From contig JBHGNT010000015.1 of NCBI GenBank assembly GCA_043228905.1, positions 19,096,001 through 19,160,000 of the forward strand: DNA of 64,000 bases. Reading direction: 5' to 3'. Positions 1-11,201 of this stretch are shown one piece after another. The translations under genes were made by a program, and so were the position numbers. This stretch comes from Azolla caroliniana. Its lineage: Eukaryota > Plantae > Polypodiophyta. Positions within the stretch are counted from its first letter, which is position 1, and each line of letters opens with the position of its first letter. Under the pieces are notes generated by a model, which saw only the letters and a list, made by a program, of their open reading frames with translations, was not told the DNA's origin and made no database searches.

Positions 1-617
1 AGAGTGTGTGAATATTTTATAGAAAAAAAACGCAAGCAACTAAAAAGTGACTCGTGCACATCTAGCGTGCATGAGCACTATATTTAGCAAATAAAAGCAA
101 GGATTAGAAAAGCATCACATGCATATTTAGTGTGCATGAACATATTAGAAAAAAAAGCATGTAGCTATGCTTAGTCTCTCCCATCACTACATAAGGATGG
201 GGAGCACAATGTAATAGTGTGAAAAATATTTGGGAAATTGGATATATTTCCTAAAACACCAACAATCAATAAAATATACTCGTGGGATTCACGAAGTTTA
301 AGATAATCTATCTCTTTCAATCTAAATTCATATTCTTACATAAATATTGATTAATGTAATACTTGTGGGATTCACAAGGTTTGATCTCTTTTCTCAATCT
401 ACTCTAATCTATTCTAAATTATTTCAATTTATTACTACGATTTAGATAAACTAAAACAATTATACTTGTGGGATTCACAAGTTTCTATATCTCTTTCTTA
501 TAATCTATTCATATTCATAACTAGATTAGCCTCAAATTCTTCCTCCTCCTAGTCCAAAACCTCGGCGGTTCCCACCCGACTCACGCAACGATCCGGAGCC
601 GAAAGGCACGACACAGT

Positions 618-635
618 TGGTGAACCCGACGTGAA
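618..635 (+). promoter_or_regulatory. Primer-binding site complementary to the 3' end of tRNA-Trp
   Basis: TGGTGAACCCGACGTGAA, 4 nt after the LTR end, is the reverse complement of TTCACGTCGGGTTCACCA (plant tRNA-Trp 3' end, from memory). Confidence 0.85.
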
Positions 636-651
636 GGCGGGTGGCAAGGAG

Positions 652-2676
652 ATGGAGAATCAACAAGAGGCGATGAACATGATGATGATAATGTTTGAGC
701 GGATGCAACAAGAACAACGTGCGATGTCGGAGATGAAGGCGGCAGTAGAGCGGCTTCTGCGACGAAACGGGGAATTCAACGGTAAGGGTGTGTCACGCTA
801 CCTACGTGAATATAAGGCGGAGATGATGCAATATCGGATACCGGAAGGATTGCAAGTGATATCCTTTAGTCGGGTGGCCTCGGACGAACTACAAGAGAGA
901 ATCCACAAGATACAACAACAAAACTCGACATGGGAGTCCTTTGAAGAAGCTTTACGGGAGGCATATGACTATGAGAGATGGACGGGACGAGATCGACGAG
1001 AATTCGACGAATGGGTGGCGTCGGAGAAGACTCACCGAAGTGCAACGCAAGCGTTCCTAGAGTTCGAGCATCGTTTTGCTCGACTCTCGGAGCGGGAACG
1101 AAGATTGGTGGGAGGAGATAAAGTCTTAATGTTCGTAAGATCGATCGATCGGAAAGAAAGGATGGACATTGGGATCGAACTCGAAGATGATGACGGTGCG
1201 AACGGTCTTACCGAGGATTGGGCCAAAGTCGAAAGGGTATGCCGAAGACATGATGAAAGGAAGCTGAGAATCTCGTCAACAACGACATGGCCCATGAAGG
1301 ATGGTCGATTGAGGAAAAACGATGAAGCCGATATGAAGGCCGAAATACAACATGATGGTGCGACGGAAGAGGGTGTAAAACAAGCTACCCTCTTGTCTTG
1401 TGAAAGAACGATGGCGAAGGATAAGGCCGATAATTCAAGTGTAGAAGGAAATTTCGGGATACAAGTGCCCGAGACATCGGGTCAAAAAGGGGTAAGCATA
1501 ATAGATGTTTGCATAATTGATGCAGATAAAGAGTGTGAAGCGGATGTGATTAAGGAGGTAGCCACAAAAGACGAAATCGAATCGGAGGTGGCTATGGACG
1601 AATCAATGGCGGATTGCCATATCGAGACTTCCCCACCACTGATTCCAGAGACTCCGGCGGTTGCGATCGAAAGGCAACGTGAGACCGAAGAGACGGAAGG
1701 TGGCGGAGAGAAAACGAATGTCGAAGCCGACGAATACGATGAAGAGATAGCCGAGAAGAATGCTAAGGGTGAAACTACGAAAGAAGGTAATACCGAGGAT
1801 TCATGCCAACAATATCTAGAGACTTCGGCGGTTGTGTCCGAGAACCAACGTGAGACCGGAGAGACGGGAGATGGCGGCGAGGAAGGTAAAGTCGGAAGTC
1901 GGTTCGGATGGAAAATGATCCATCCGAAATTCCAATCTAAAAGAAAGTGCGACAATGCGGAGGTCGGGTCTACGACGGGAGAAGCGCGTAATACAGAGCA
2001 CGCTCTACGGCGAATAAAGAAACGCGTGTTATGGCGAATAAAGAAGCACGCGCTACGGCGAGAAAAGAAGCATGCATTACAACCACACGAGGATCGAACA
2101 ACGAGCACATATCGGAGGACCTACGTGGCGAACAACGGAAAGAAGTGCCGAAAGTCGAACCGGACAAGGCAGGTGAAAACGAAGAAAAGAAAGCAAATCC
2201 GGACGAAAAGAAAAGAAAAGAAACCGACCCGAAAGAGCACTGAATCGGTAAAAACCGATCAACCGAGTCCGGATCGACCGAATACAAATCGGAAAGGAAG
2301 CCGAACTAAACGAAAGACGATCCGACGAGACCGAATCGGAAGTAAGCTAATCCGACTAAACCGAAGATCCGGAAAAAAGTCAAGGTTGATGAAGACAAGA
2401 AAGAGCCCAGTAAAAGACACTACCACGAATGAACAAAGAATATGGTGGATCGGATGGCAACAATGGTTCGGTTGGAAAGAATGGGTCTACTCAAAATGGA
2501 GAGACAAAGTTGACATAGCGGGACAAACGGAGGATGAAGGGGAGACAACGAGCATCGGCAACTTCGGCACATACCGGAGGATGTGCGGGTTCGGAGGGGG
2601 CGAGTGTCGTAGTGTATTTCGTACACTACGTGAAAAAGTAAAAAATAATATAACCGATTTAATTACATATAAATAA
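652..2676 (+). CDS. Retrotransposon Gag-like protein with long acidic then basic low-complexity tail (674 aa from first ATG)
   Basis: Uninterrupted ORF (track 631..2676, first ATG 652). The N-terminal ~200 aa align by eye with the Gag at 49441..50274 (GEFNGKGVSRYL vs GRFSGKDATSYL; EFEHRFARLS vs EFEERFARLS; GLTEDWAKVERV vs GLMADWAMVKRV). Confidence 0.85.
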   Translation: MENQQEAMNMMMIMFERMQQEQRAMSEMKAAVERLLRRNGEFNGKGVSRYLREYKAEMMQYRIPEGLQVISFSRVASDELQERIHKIQQQNSTWESFEEALREAYDYERWTGRDRREFDEWVASEKTHRSATQAFLEFEHRFARLSERERRLVGGDKVLMFVRSIDRKERMDIGIELEDDDGANGLTEDWAKVERVCRRHDERKLRISSTTTWPMKDGRLRKNDEADMKAEIQHDGATEEGVKQATLLSCERTMAKDKADNSSVEGNFGIQVPETSGQKGVSIIDVCIIDADKECEADVIKEVATKDEIESEVAMDESMADCHIETSPPLIPETPAVAIERQRETEETEGGGEKTNVEADEYDEEIAEKNAKGETTKEGNTEDSCQQYLETSAVVSENQRETGETGDGGEEGKVGSRFGWKMIHPKFQSKRKCDNAEVGSTTGEARNTEHALRRIKKRVLWRIKKHALRREKKHALQPHEDRTTSTYRRTYVANNGKKCRKSNRTRQVKTKKRKQIRTKRKEKKPTRKSTESVKTDQPSPDRPNTNRKGSRTKRKTIRRDRIGSKLIRLNRRSGKKSRLMKTRKSPVKDTTTNEQRIWWIGWQQWFGWKEWVYSKWRDKVDIAGQTEDEGETTSIGNFGTYRRMCGFGGGECRSVFRTLREKVKNNITDLITYK

Positions 2677-3473
2677 ATAAAATAATATATCAAGATATTT
2701 ATCACGTGCATAGGGCAGGATTTGAACCCTGTACCTCCACGTAGCCAAACCTCAACTTTACCATTATACTACCTTATCTTTAGTGTTCTATAAATAGATT
2801 TAATAACTATAACTACTTTATTTGCGCCTACCTTTATTAAAAGGTAAATCGTGCATTTTTAGAGTGTGTGAATATTTTATAGAAAAAAAACGCAAGCAAC
2901 TAAAAAGTGACTCGTGCACATCTAGCGTGCATGAGCACTATATTTAGCAAATAAAAGCAAGGATTAGAAAAGCATCACATGCATATTTAGTGTGCATGAA
3001 CATATTAGAAAAAAAAGCATGTAGCTATGCTTAGTCTCTCCCATCACTACATAAGGATGGGGAGCACAATGTAATAGTGTGAAAAATATTTGGGAAATTG
3101 GATATATTTCCTAAAACACCAACAATCAATAAAATATACTCGTGGGATTCACGAAGTTTAAGATAATCTATCTCTTTCAATCTAAATTCATATTCTTACA
3201 TAAATATTGATTAATGTAATACTTGTGGGATTCACAAGGTTTGATCTCTTTTCTCAATCTACTCTAATCTATTCTAAATTATTTCAATTTATTACTACGA
3301 TTTAGATAAACTAAAACAATTATACTTGTGGGATTCACAAGTTTCTATATCTCTTTCTTATAATCTATTCATATTCATAACTAGATTAGCCTCAAATTCT
3401 TCCTCCTCCTAGTCCAAAACCTCGGCGGTTCCCACCCGACTCACGCAACGATCCGGAGCCGAAAGGCACGACA
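2605..3473 (+). repeat. 3' LTR (869 bp) of the Gag-only element
   Basis: TG...CA ends with 6-bp terminal inverted repeat, preceded by the PPT, direct repeat of the window start. Confidence 0.9.
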
Positions 3474-3479
3474 ACGATC

Positions 3480-3997
3480 TTTTGAATGTGTAAAAATGGG
3501 AAGCACCATTTTTTATTTGACTAGTGGTTAAGGTGATAGACTCGAAATCAATTGGGCATTGCGTGCGTAGGTTCGAATCCTATAGTCAACACATTGTTAT
3601 TATGGAACATAAAAATTTGCGATTAAGAGCTACCATATAAGATAATTGATTTGTAAAAATGATAAGCACTATTGTTGACTTGGTGGAGTAGTTTAGGCGA
3701 TAGACTCGAAATCAGTTGGGCATTGCTTGTGTAGGTTCGAATCCTATAGTCAAAGCATTGTTATTATGGAACATAAACATTTGCGATTAAGAGCTACCAT
3801 ATTAAGATAATTGATGTGTAAAAATGGTAAAAAGCACCATCTTTGATTTGACCAGTGGATAAGGTGATACACTCGAAACCAGTTGGGCATTGCCTACATA
3901 CGTTCGAATCCTATAGTCAACGCATTGTTATTATGGAACATAAAAATTTGCGATGAAGAGCTACCATATAAGATAATTGATGTGTAAAAATCATAAG
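3480..3997 (+). repeat. tRNA-Ser-derived tandem array, block 1 (3 degenerate units)
   Basis: Units at ~3514, ~3674 and ~3841 with AGTGGTTAAGG / ACTCGAAA / GGTTCGAATCC and the same spacer as the main block. Confidence 0.85.
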
Positions 3998-4345
3998 TGT
4001 GAAAGTGTTTTTAGAATCTAAGCCATTGAACATTAGAAGAATATAAAGTATGGATAACTCACATTTAGAGGCTAAGAACACGAACCAAGACCTTAGGAAG
4101 AAGTCAAAAGTAAAAGTAAGAAACCAAGAGAAAAGTAAAAAGAGAAAAAGCGGACCATAAAAAATAGTAAAAAAGAAATGGTCATAACTCACTCATTCGT
4201 TATTCACCCAAATATTATGTTTAAATATAGATTAGAAAGCTTGTAAAGAGAGCTATCTATATCTTTTTCAATCACTAAATTTGGAGCTTTGAAGAGGGAG
4301 ATATGACAATTAGAAGGTCACTGGGTCTTAGCTAAAAATAAGTCT

Positions 4346-7300
4346 CATTCGAAACAGGTAATATGTCGCATTCTCTTTTTCATATCTTAGTGAGATGTTA
4401 AAAAATGCCTTATTTAAGTAGAATTTCAACAAGGCACGACGCATGTGTATGTGGTTTATGAAAACATAGCGAAAAAAAGAACTAACTAATATCACGTCAA
4501 CAAAATCATCCGACGTATATTCTATCTACCATGTTTTTGTCCAAATCTTAGACAGGGGTGTATTTGTCAACACAAGTATAATAGTAACACGGGTCCTTGT
4601 GCATATTCTAAAAAGCATGCCCCATTGAATAAGTGGCTTCTTCTAATTATGTGTGTATATTTAAATATAATACATCTTAAAGCAAATTGTGAACCTTGCA
4701 ATTAAGAGATACTACTATGTCAAGAGAAAATTTCCATTGACATGTGATACATGACACTGTCAATGTATAAATAAACTAGTCTACAATAACATTCTAATCA
4801 TACGAGTAAATGATAGAGTATAAACTTATCTCCGATATACCCCAAATGATAAAGGAGAGTTTAGATAACATGTACACATACAAGTATACTTAATTTCTAA
4901 GTTCAATGATTGTTACACGAAAATTATAAGTAAGCTCAACTTATATATTACGTCAAAATTTAACAATTCATATTGTTCAAAATTTACAATAAGCCATAAC
5001 CATTCAATTGAATAATAAGTTTGGTAAAGCCGTCTACTTAGGATTAGCTCTTTCATCAGGATTGTCCTCATTGGCTTCGTCAGTACGCTAAGTTGAATTG
5101 TTAGTATGTTCAGACTCTGAAACGTCTTCTAATTCAACAAGTTGCCCTGCGTCTTCATCTATAGTTCCACAAGTTTTCTAAAAGTCATCTGGAACATCTA
5201 AGTTTTATTGATATGCTTTGCCCCAACTTCTTGGTCTTGATCAGGACAACCCCAGATACCTTGGATCCTCATTTTGATGACATTAACTTGCTCAAGGTCC
5301 TTCTCTAATGCAACAGAGTTCCTGATAATCTTTAAGGCGTATGTTTTAGTAGTACATGACGGTAGAATGAAATTGCACAGGTAACATCAAACTGAAGAAT
5401 AGAATATAACGTTAATCTAAATTGATGTAAGTTTTATATTATATACCTGTGTCAGAAAACTAATCTAAAACCCATTGAAAATTTGAAAAAATAAAAAATC
5501 TTGGATTTTTAATTGGAATCCAATGCGATGCACTAGATTTCAGTTGAAAATCCAAGTTTTTTTTTTTTGTAATTTTAAAATTTTTTTCCATTAAAAAATA
5601 AAAAATGGATTTTCAGCTAAAACACTATGCACTACATTATATTTTAGTATATATAGTTAGAATCTAATGCAATGCGTTGGATTAGAGTCGAAAATACATT
5701 TTTCTTTTTTCTTTTTCCAATGTTATTTATTTATTTATTTTCCATAAAAAAAAAAAATAAACGGCTTTTCAACTAAAATCCGATACACTACATCAGATTG
5801 TAGTCTATACAGCTAGACATTGATGCATTGCATTAGATTTTAGTTGGCAATCCTCTTTCTTTTCAATTGTTTTTCATTTTTTCAAAAAATAAATAAAAAT
5901 ATATTAAAAAAGTGGATTTCCAACAGAAATCTAATGCACTACATCGAATTTCAATTAAAAATCCAAATTTCTTTTAGGTTTTTCATAAAACAATGAGATA
6001 ATAAAAAAATATTACATTTTCAACAAAATCTGAACCATTGAGTCGGATTTCAATTGCAAATTAATGTTTTATGAAAAAACATAAGAAAAATATTGGACTT
6101 TCAATGGAAATCCGATGCACTGCATCAGATTTCTGTTGAAACTCAGTGATTTTGAACGGAAATCCGATGCAGTGCATCGGATTTCCATTGAAAATCCTGT
6201 TGAAAATGATCTGTTTTCAACGGGAATCCGATGCACTGCATCGGATTCCCGTTGAAAACACATCATTTTAAATGGAGAAAATCACAATTTGTTTATTTTT
6301 AACACGTTTTTAGAGAAAAATATAAACAAATAAGAAAATTTGTAAACAAACAAGAAAAAGTGGACTTTCAATGGAAATCCGATGCAGTGCATCGGATTTC
6401 CGTTGAAAATCCATTTTTTTCAATTCCTATATATTTATTTATGATAAAAACAAAAACAATTCAAAACAAATACAAAAACAAATTCAAAATATCTGAAAAA
6501 TTGGAAACAAATAAGACAAAATGGATTTTCAATAGAAATCCGATGTAGTGCATCGGATTTCTGTTGAAAACCCATTTTTTGCAATTTTTATTTATTTATT
6601 TATGGGAAAAAATGAAAAAAAATTTAAAAAATACAAAAAAATATTTTAAAATATGAAAATTTGGTAACAAATAGCAAAAAGTGGACTTTCAATAGAAATC
6701 CGATGCATTGCATCGGATTTCCTTTGAAAATTCATTTTTTCAATTTCTATATAGTTATTTATGAGAAAATAGACAAACAAAATACCAAAAAATTTCTAAA
6801 AACTATGAAAATTTGGAAAAAAATAAGAAAAAGTGGATTTTCTACGGAAATCCGATGTAGTGCATCGGATTTCCATTGAAAATCTATTTTTTCAATACTT
6901 ATTTATTTTTTATAGAAAAAATTCAAAAAAATTCAAAGAAAAAAGAAAATTTGGAAAAAAATACGTAAAAGTGGACTTTCAACCAAAATCCGATGCAGTG
7001 CATCGGATTTCCGTTGGAAATCCATTTTTTCAATTTTTATTTATTTATTTATGGGAAAAATAAAAACAAATTCAAAAACAATTCAAAAAATAAGAAAATT
7101 TTCAAAAAAATTAGAGAAATTGGATTTTCAATTGAATCCAATGCACGGAATTGGATTTCCATTTAAATCTAATTTTTAAATTTTTATTTATTTATTTATG
7201 AGTAAAATAAAAAATGTTTATTTATTTATTTATGGGAAAATGTTTTATTTTTTCAATTTGTATTTATTTATGTATTTTCGGGAAATCCATGCAATGTATC

Positions 7301-8242
7301 ATATTTTTGTCTATGTAGCTAGAATTCAATGCAATGAATTAAAATGCAAAAGTATTTTTTTAATGGAAATTTTAAAAAAAATTCCAAGACTTACAGGAAT
7401 CTGATGCATTATATCCAATTCTAGATGTATAGAGTAAAATTCGACATGTTGCGTCAAATCTGGATGGAATGAATCGGATTTCTGTACGACATCAAAGGCT
7501 TACTATGAGAATCTAAGAAAAATGGAAAACATCTTTAAGACATTTTTTAGATTCTAATGATTTTGGTAGAAAGCTTCTCTCACATAATCTAATCTTGTAA
7601 ATGGAAAGTACATAATGAAATATCATAACCAAAAAGTGAGGAGGAAAGATGCATCAAGCACATCTACTCTTACATTGGATAATGTTTATATATTAGTGTA
7701 TGACTTATCTTTGACCAAAACAAGTTACCTGTGACAGACCACAATGAAGATACTAAAAGAGGATCTGGAATGTGGCTTCAGACACAACACAAAGACAAAC
7801 AAGAAGCATGACTCATAAACTCGATGAGGTTGGATTGCAATTGGATCAACACAATGCATTAGTTGCCATTGATGATGAGGATGAGACCTCATAAACTCGT
7901 ACTAGTTCATCTAATGGGTATGAGGATGATGACATAAACTTGAAAAATGATTGTCCTGATACGTTAACTATAAATATTGTATTGCACATCAAGATTTGGA
8001 TTCAGAATTTCTATAAATATTGGGGTTAGTCATTTTGGACATTCATTTGTAAGTTTGGCATGTCCATTATTTAGGCATTTTTTTGAACACCTAAATTTCC
8101 GTACATGTTAAAAATCAATATATTTTTGGGTCATTTTTAAAATTCCTTTACGCATGCGGCACCCCTTTTTGTGAATCACCCTAATTTGTGTCATTTTTTG
8201 ATGGACAGTTCTCAAAATGCGACATATTACCTGTTTCAAATG
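4346..8242. mobile_element. Non-autonomous TIR (DNA transposon-like) element nested in the solo LTR
   Basis: 27-bp TIR CATTCGAAACAGGTAATATGTCGCATT (4346-4372) vs its reverse complement at 8216-8242, 1 mismatch. No intact ORF. TSD ambiguous (GTCTC/GTCCC if the ends are moved in by 1 nt). Confidence 0.7.
5500..7480. repeat. Array of ~50-bp palindromes (core GGAAATCCGATGCA-S-TGCATCGGATTTCC) separated by A/T-rich spacers
   Basis: Clear copies near 6095, 6150, 6215, 6361, 6522, 6682, 6833 and 6972; decayed copies at 5500-6060 and 7120-7480. Confidence 0.9.
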
Positions 8243-10437
8243 TCCCGGTGTTTAAGAGATAAAAAGCTTCTAAAAATAGCGTGAACAAGGAAGAAGAAGT
8301 GGAGGTTAAAAGAAGAAGTGGAGGTCCTAATAGAGGAGGAGGAGTCTTAGGAAGAAGTATCTTAGAGGAAGAAGATGGTTCTTAATAGTGGGTTTGAGTG
8401 ATGGGTAGCAGTAAGAAGGTCTTTGGTTTTTAAGTTCATTGTGGACTTTATCCTCTTTGTATTGACTTCAAGTGGAATATTATAACATTCTTATCTCTTT
8501 CTTATCTTCCCTACCTTTTATCTTAATTTCTTGAGTTTTCCTCTCTAAATCGTAGTTACCTAGATCTATATAATCTATTATAATTCACAACTCCATCTAA
8601 TTAGTTTGGTCTAGCCCCCATATTCTGTATGAATATCCCTTGTCTTATACACCCTATCAATAAGCACTATCGTTGACTTCGTCGAGTGGTTTATGCGATA
8701 GACTCGAAATAGTTGGGTATTACTTGCATAGGTTCGAATTCTATAGTCAAAGCATTGTTATTATGGAACATAAAAATTTGCGATTAAAAGCTACCATATT
8801 AACATGATTGATGTATAACAATGATAAGCACCATTGTTGGCTTGGACGAGTGATTAAGGCGAGTTCGAATCCTACAATCAAAGCATTGTTATTATGGAAC
8901 ATAAAAATTTGCGATTAACGGCTATCATATTAAGATGATTGATGTGTAAAAACAATAAGCACCATCGTTGACTTGGCCGAGTGGTTAAGGTGATAGACTC
9001 AAAATTTGTTGGGCATTGACTGCAGAGGTTCGAATCCTACAATCAAAGCATTATAATTGTACATCATAAAAGAGTTGGATTTTATGACACTTGATGGCAT
9101 CATTGACTTGTTTGAATAGTTAAGGTGATAGACTTGAACCGTATTGGGCATTGGCTGTGTAGGTTCGAATTCTATAGTCAACACATTATTATTGTGCAAC
9201 ATAAAAAATTGTGATGAGGGCTATAATATAAGTTACTTAATTTTCATAAAAGTGGTAAGCACTCATTGTTGACTTGGCTGAGTGCTTAAGGTGATAGACT
9301 CGAAATCTATTGGGCATTGCCTGCGTAGGTTCAAATCCTACAATCAATGCATTGTTAGTGTGGAACATAAAAATTTGAAATTAAGAGCTACCGTATAAGA
9401 TAATTAATGTGTAAAAATGGTAAGCACCACGTTTGATTTGACTAGTGGTTAAGGTGATAGACTCGAAATCAGTTGGGCATTGCCAACGTAGGTTCGAATC
9501 GTATAGTCAACGCATTGTTATTATAGAACATAAGAATTTGCGATTAAGAGCTACCACATAAGATAATTGATGTATAAAAGTGGTATGACAAAGCACCCAT
9601 CGTTGACTTGGCCGAGTTGTTAAGGCGATAGACTTGAAATCTATTGGGCATTGCCTACGTAGGTTCGAATCCTACAATCAACGCATTATTACTGTGGAAC
9701 ATAAAAATTTGCGATTAAGAGCTACCATATAAGATAATTAATGTGTAAAAATGGTAAGCACGACGTTTGATTTGACCAGTGCTTAAGGTGATAGACTCGA
9801 AATCAGTTGGGCATTGACGACGTAGGTTGGAATCCTATAGTCAACACATTGTTATTATAGAACATAAGAATTTGCGATTAAGATCTACAACATAAGATAA
9901 TTGACCTATAAAAGTGGTACGACTAAGCACCCATCGTTGACGTGGTCGAGTGGTTAAGGCGATAGACTCGAAATCTATTGGGCATTGCCTGCGTAGGTTC
10001 GAATCCTACAATCAATGCATTGTTAGTGTGGAACATAAAAATTTCCGATTAAGAGGTACCGTATAAGATGGTTAATGTATAAAAATAGTAAGCACTATCT
10101 TTGATTTGATCAGTGGTTAAAAACAATAAGCACCATCGTTCACTTGGCCAAGTGGTTAAGGCGATAGACTCAAAATCTATTGGGCATTGCTTGCATAGGT
10201 TCGAATCCTACAATCAAAGCATTATAATTGTACATTATATAACAACTGGATTTTAAGACACTTGACAACCTCATTGACTTGTTCGAGTAGTCAAGGCGAT
10301 AGACTTGAACCCTATTGGGCATTGCCTGTGAAGGTTCGAATACTATAGTCAACACATTATTATTGCGCAACATAAAAAATTGTGATTAGAGCTACAATAT
10401 AAGTTACTTAATTTGTATAAATGTGGAAGCACCCATT

Positions 10438-10519
10438 GTTAACTTGGCCGAGTGGTTAAGGCGATAGACTCAAAATCTATCGAGCATTGCCTGCGTAGGT
10501 TCGAATCCTACAGTCAATG
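10438..10519 (+). pseudogene. tRNA-Ser-body copy with CAA anticodon (possible pseudogene or mis-decoding variant)
   Basis: ATAGA-CTCAAAA-TCTAT anticodon arm; D and T arms intact; one A-C mismatch and a G-U pair in the acceptor stem; one mismatch in the variable arm. Confidence 0.6.
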
Positions 10520-10786
10520 CATTGTTAGTGTTGAACATAAAATTTTGCGATTAAGATCAACCGTATAAGAGAATTAATGTCTAAAAATGGTAAGCACCTC
10601 GTTTGTTTTGATCAGTGGTTAAGGTGATACACTCAAAATCAGTTGGGCATTGCCGATGTAGGTTCGAATCCTACAGTGAACGTATTGTTATTATGGAACA
10701 TAAGAATTTGTGATTAAGAGCTATCATATAAGATAATTGACGTATAAAATTGGTATGATCAGTGATTAAAAATGATAAGCACCATC

Positions 10787-10868
10787 GTTGACTTGGCCGA
10801 GTGGTTAAGGCGATAGACTCGAAATCTATTGGGCATTGCCTACGTAGGTTCGAATCCTACAGTCAACG
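10787..10868 (+). tRNA. trnS-CGA: tRNA-Ser(CGA), intact cloverleaf
   Basis: Acceptor GTTGACT/AGTCAAC, D arm GCC..GGC, anticodon arm ATAGA-CTCGAAA-TCTAT, long variable arm GGGC-ATT-GCCT, T arm GTAGG-TTCGAAT-CCTAC, discriminator G. Confidence 0.85.
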
Positions 10869-11119
10869 CATTATTATTGTGGAACATAAAAATTTACGAT
10901 TAATAGCTACCATATAAGATAATTAATGCGTAAAAAATGTAAGTACCATGTTTGATTTGACTAGTGGTTAAGGTCATAGACTCGAAATCAGTTGGGCATT
11001 GCCTGCGTAGGTTCGAATCCTACAATCAATGCATTGTTATTATGGAACATAAGAATTTGCGATTAAGAGCTATTACATAAATACTTGATGTATAAAAGCG
11101 GTACAACTAAGCACCCATC

Positions 11120-11201
11120 GTTGACTTGGCCGAGTGGTTAAGGCGATAGACTCGAAATCTATTGGGCATTGCCTGCGTAGGTTCGAATCCTACAGTCAAC
11201 G
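11120..11201 (+). tRNA. trnS-CGA: tRNA-Ser(CGA), consensus copy
   Basis: GTTGACTTGGCCGAGTGGTTAAGGCGATAGACTCGAAATCTATTGGGCATTGCCTGCGTAGGTTCGAATCCTACAGTCAACG; all stems pair, A and B boxes intact. Confidence 0.9.

Larger units (their letters stand above)
1..3473 (+). mobile_element. Non-autonomous Gag-only LTR retrotransposon (TR-GAG-like, Ty3/gypsy-derived); 5' LTR cut by window edge
   Basis: 1-613 repeats at 2861-3473 with no difference seen by eye. The 3' LTR 2605-3473 is TGTCGT...ACGACA. PBS 618-635, polypurine tract GGAGGGGGCGAG just before 2605, one gag-like ORF, no PR/RT/RH/INT motifs. Confidence 0.9.
3998..8659. mobile_element. Solo LTR (~765 bp without its nested insert) inserted in an array spacer
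   Basis: Begins TG (3998), ends CA (8659), perfect 5-bp TSD ATAAG (3993-3997 / 8660-8664). The array spacer rejoins exactly across it. Confidence 0.75.

Noticed and set aside
6090-7030. CRISPR-like pattern of palindromic repeats with spacers
   Set aside because: Spacers are homologous low-complexity A/T tracts, there are no cas genes, and the context is plant nuclear DNA.
3993-8672. Ty3-like targeting of tRNA transcription start sites (TSD 8-12 nt upstream of a tRNA)
   Set aside because: Other direct insertions fall at about -40, +10 and inside the gene, so there is no consistent position.
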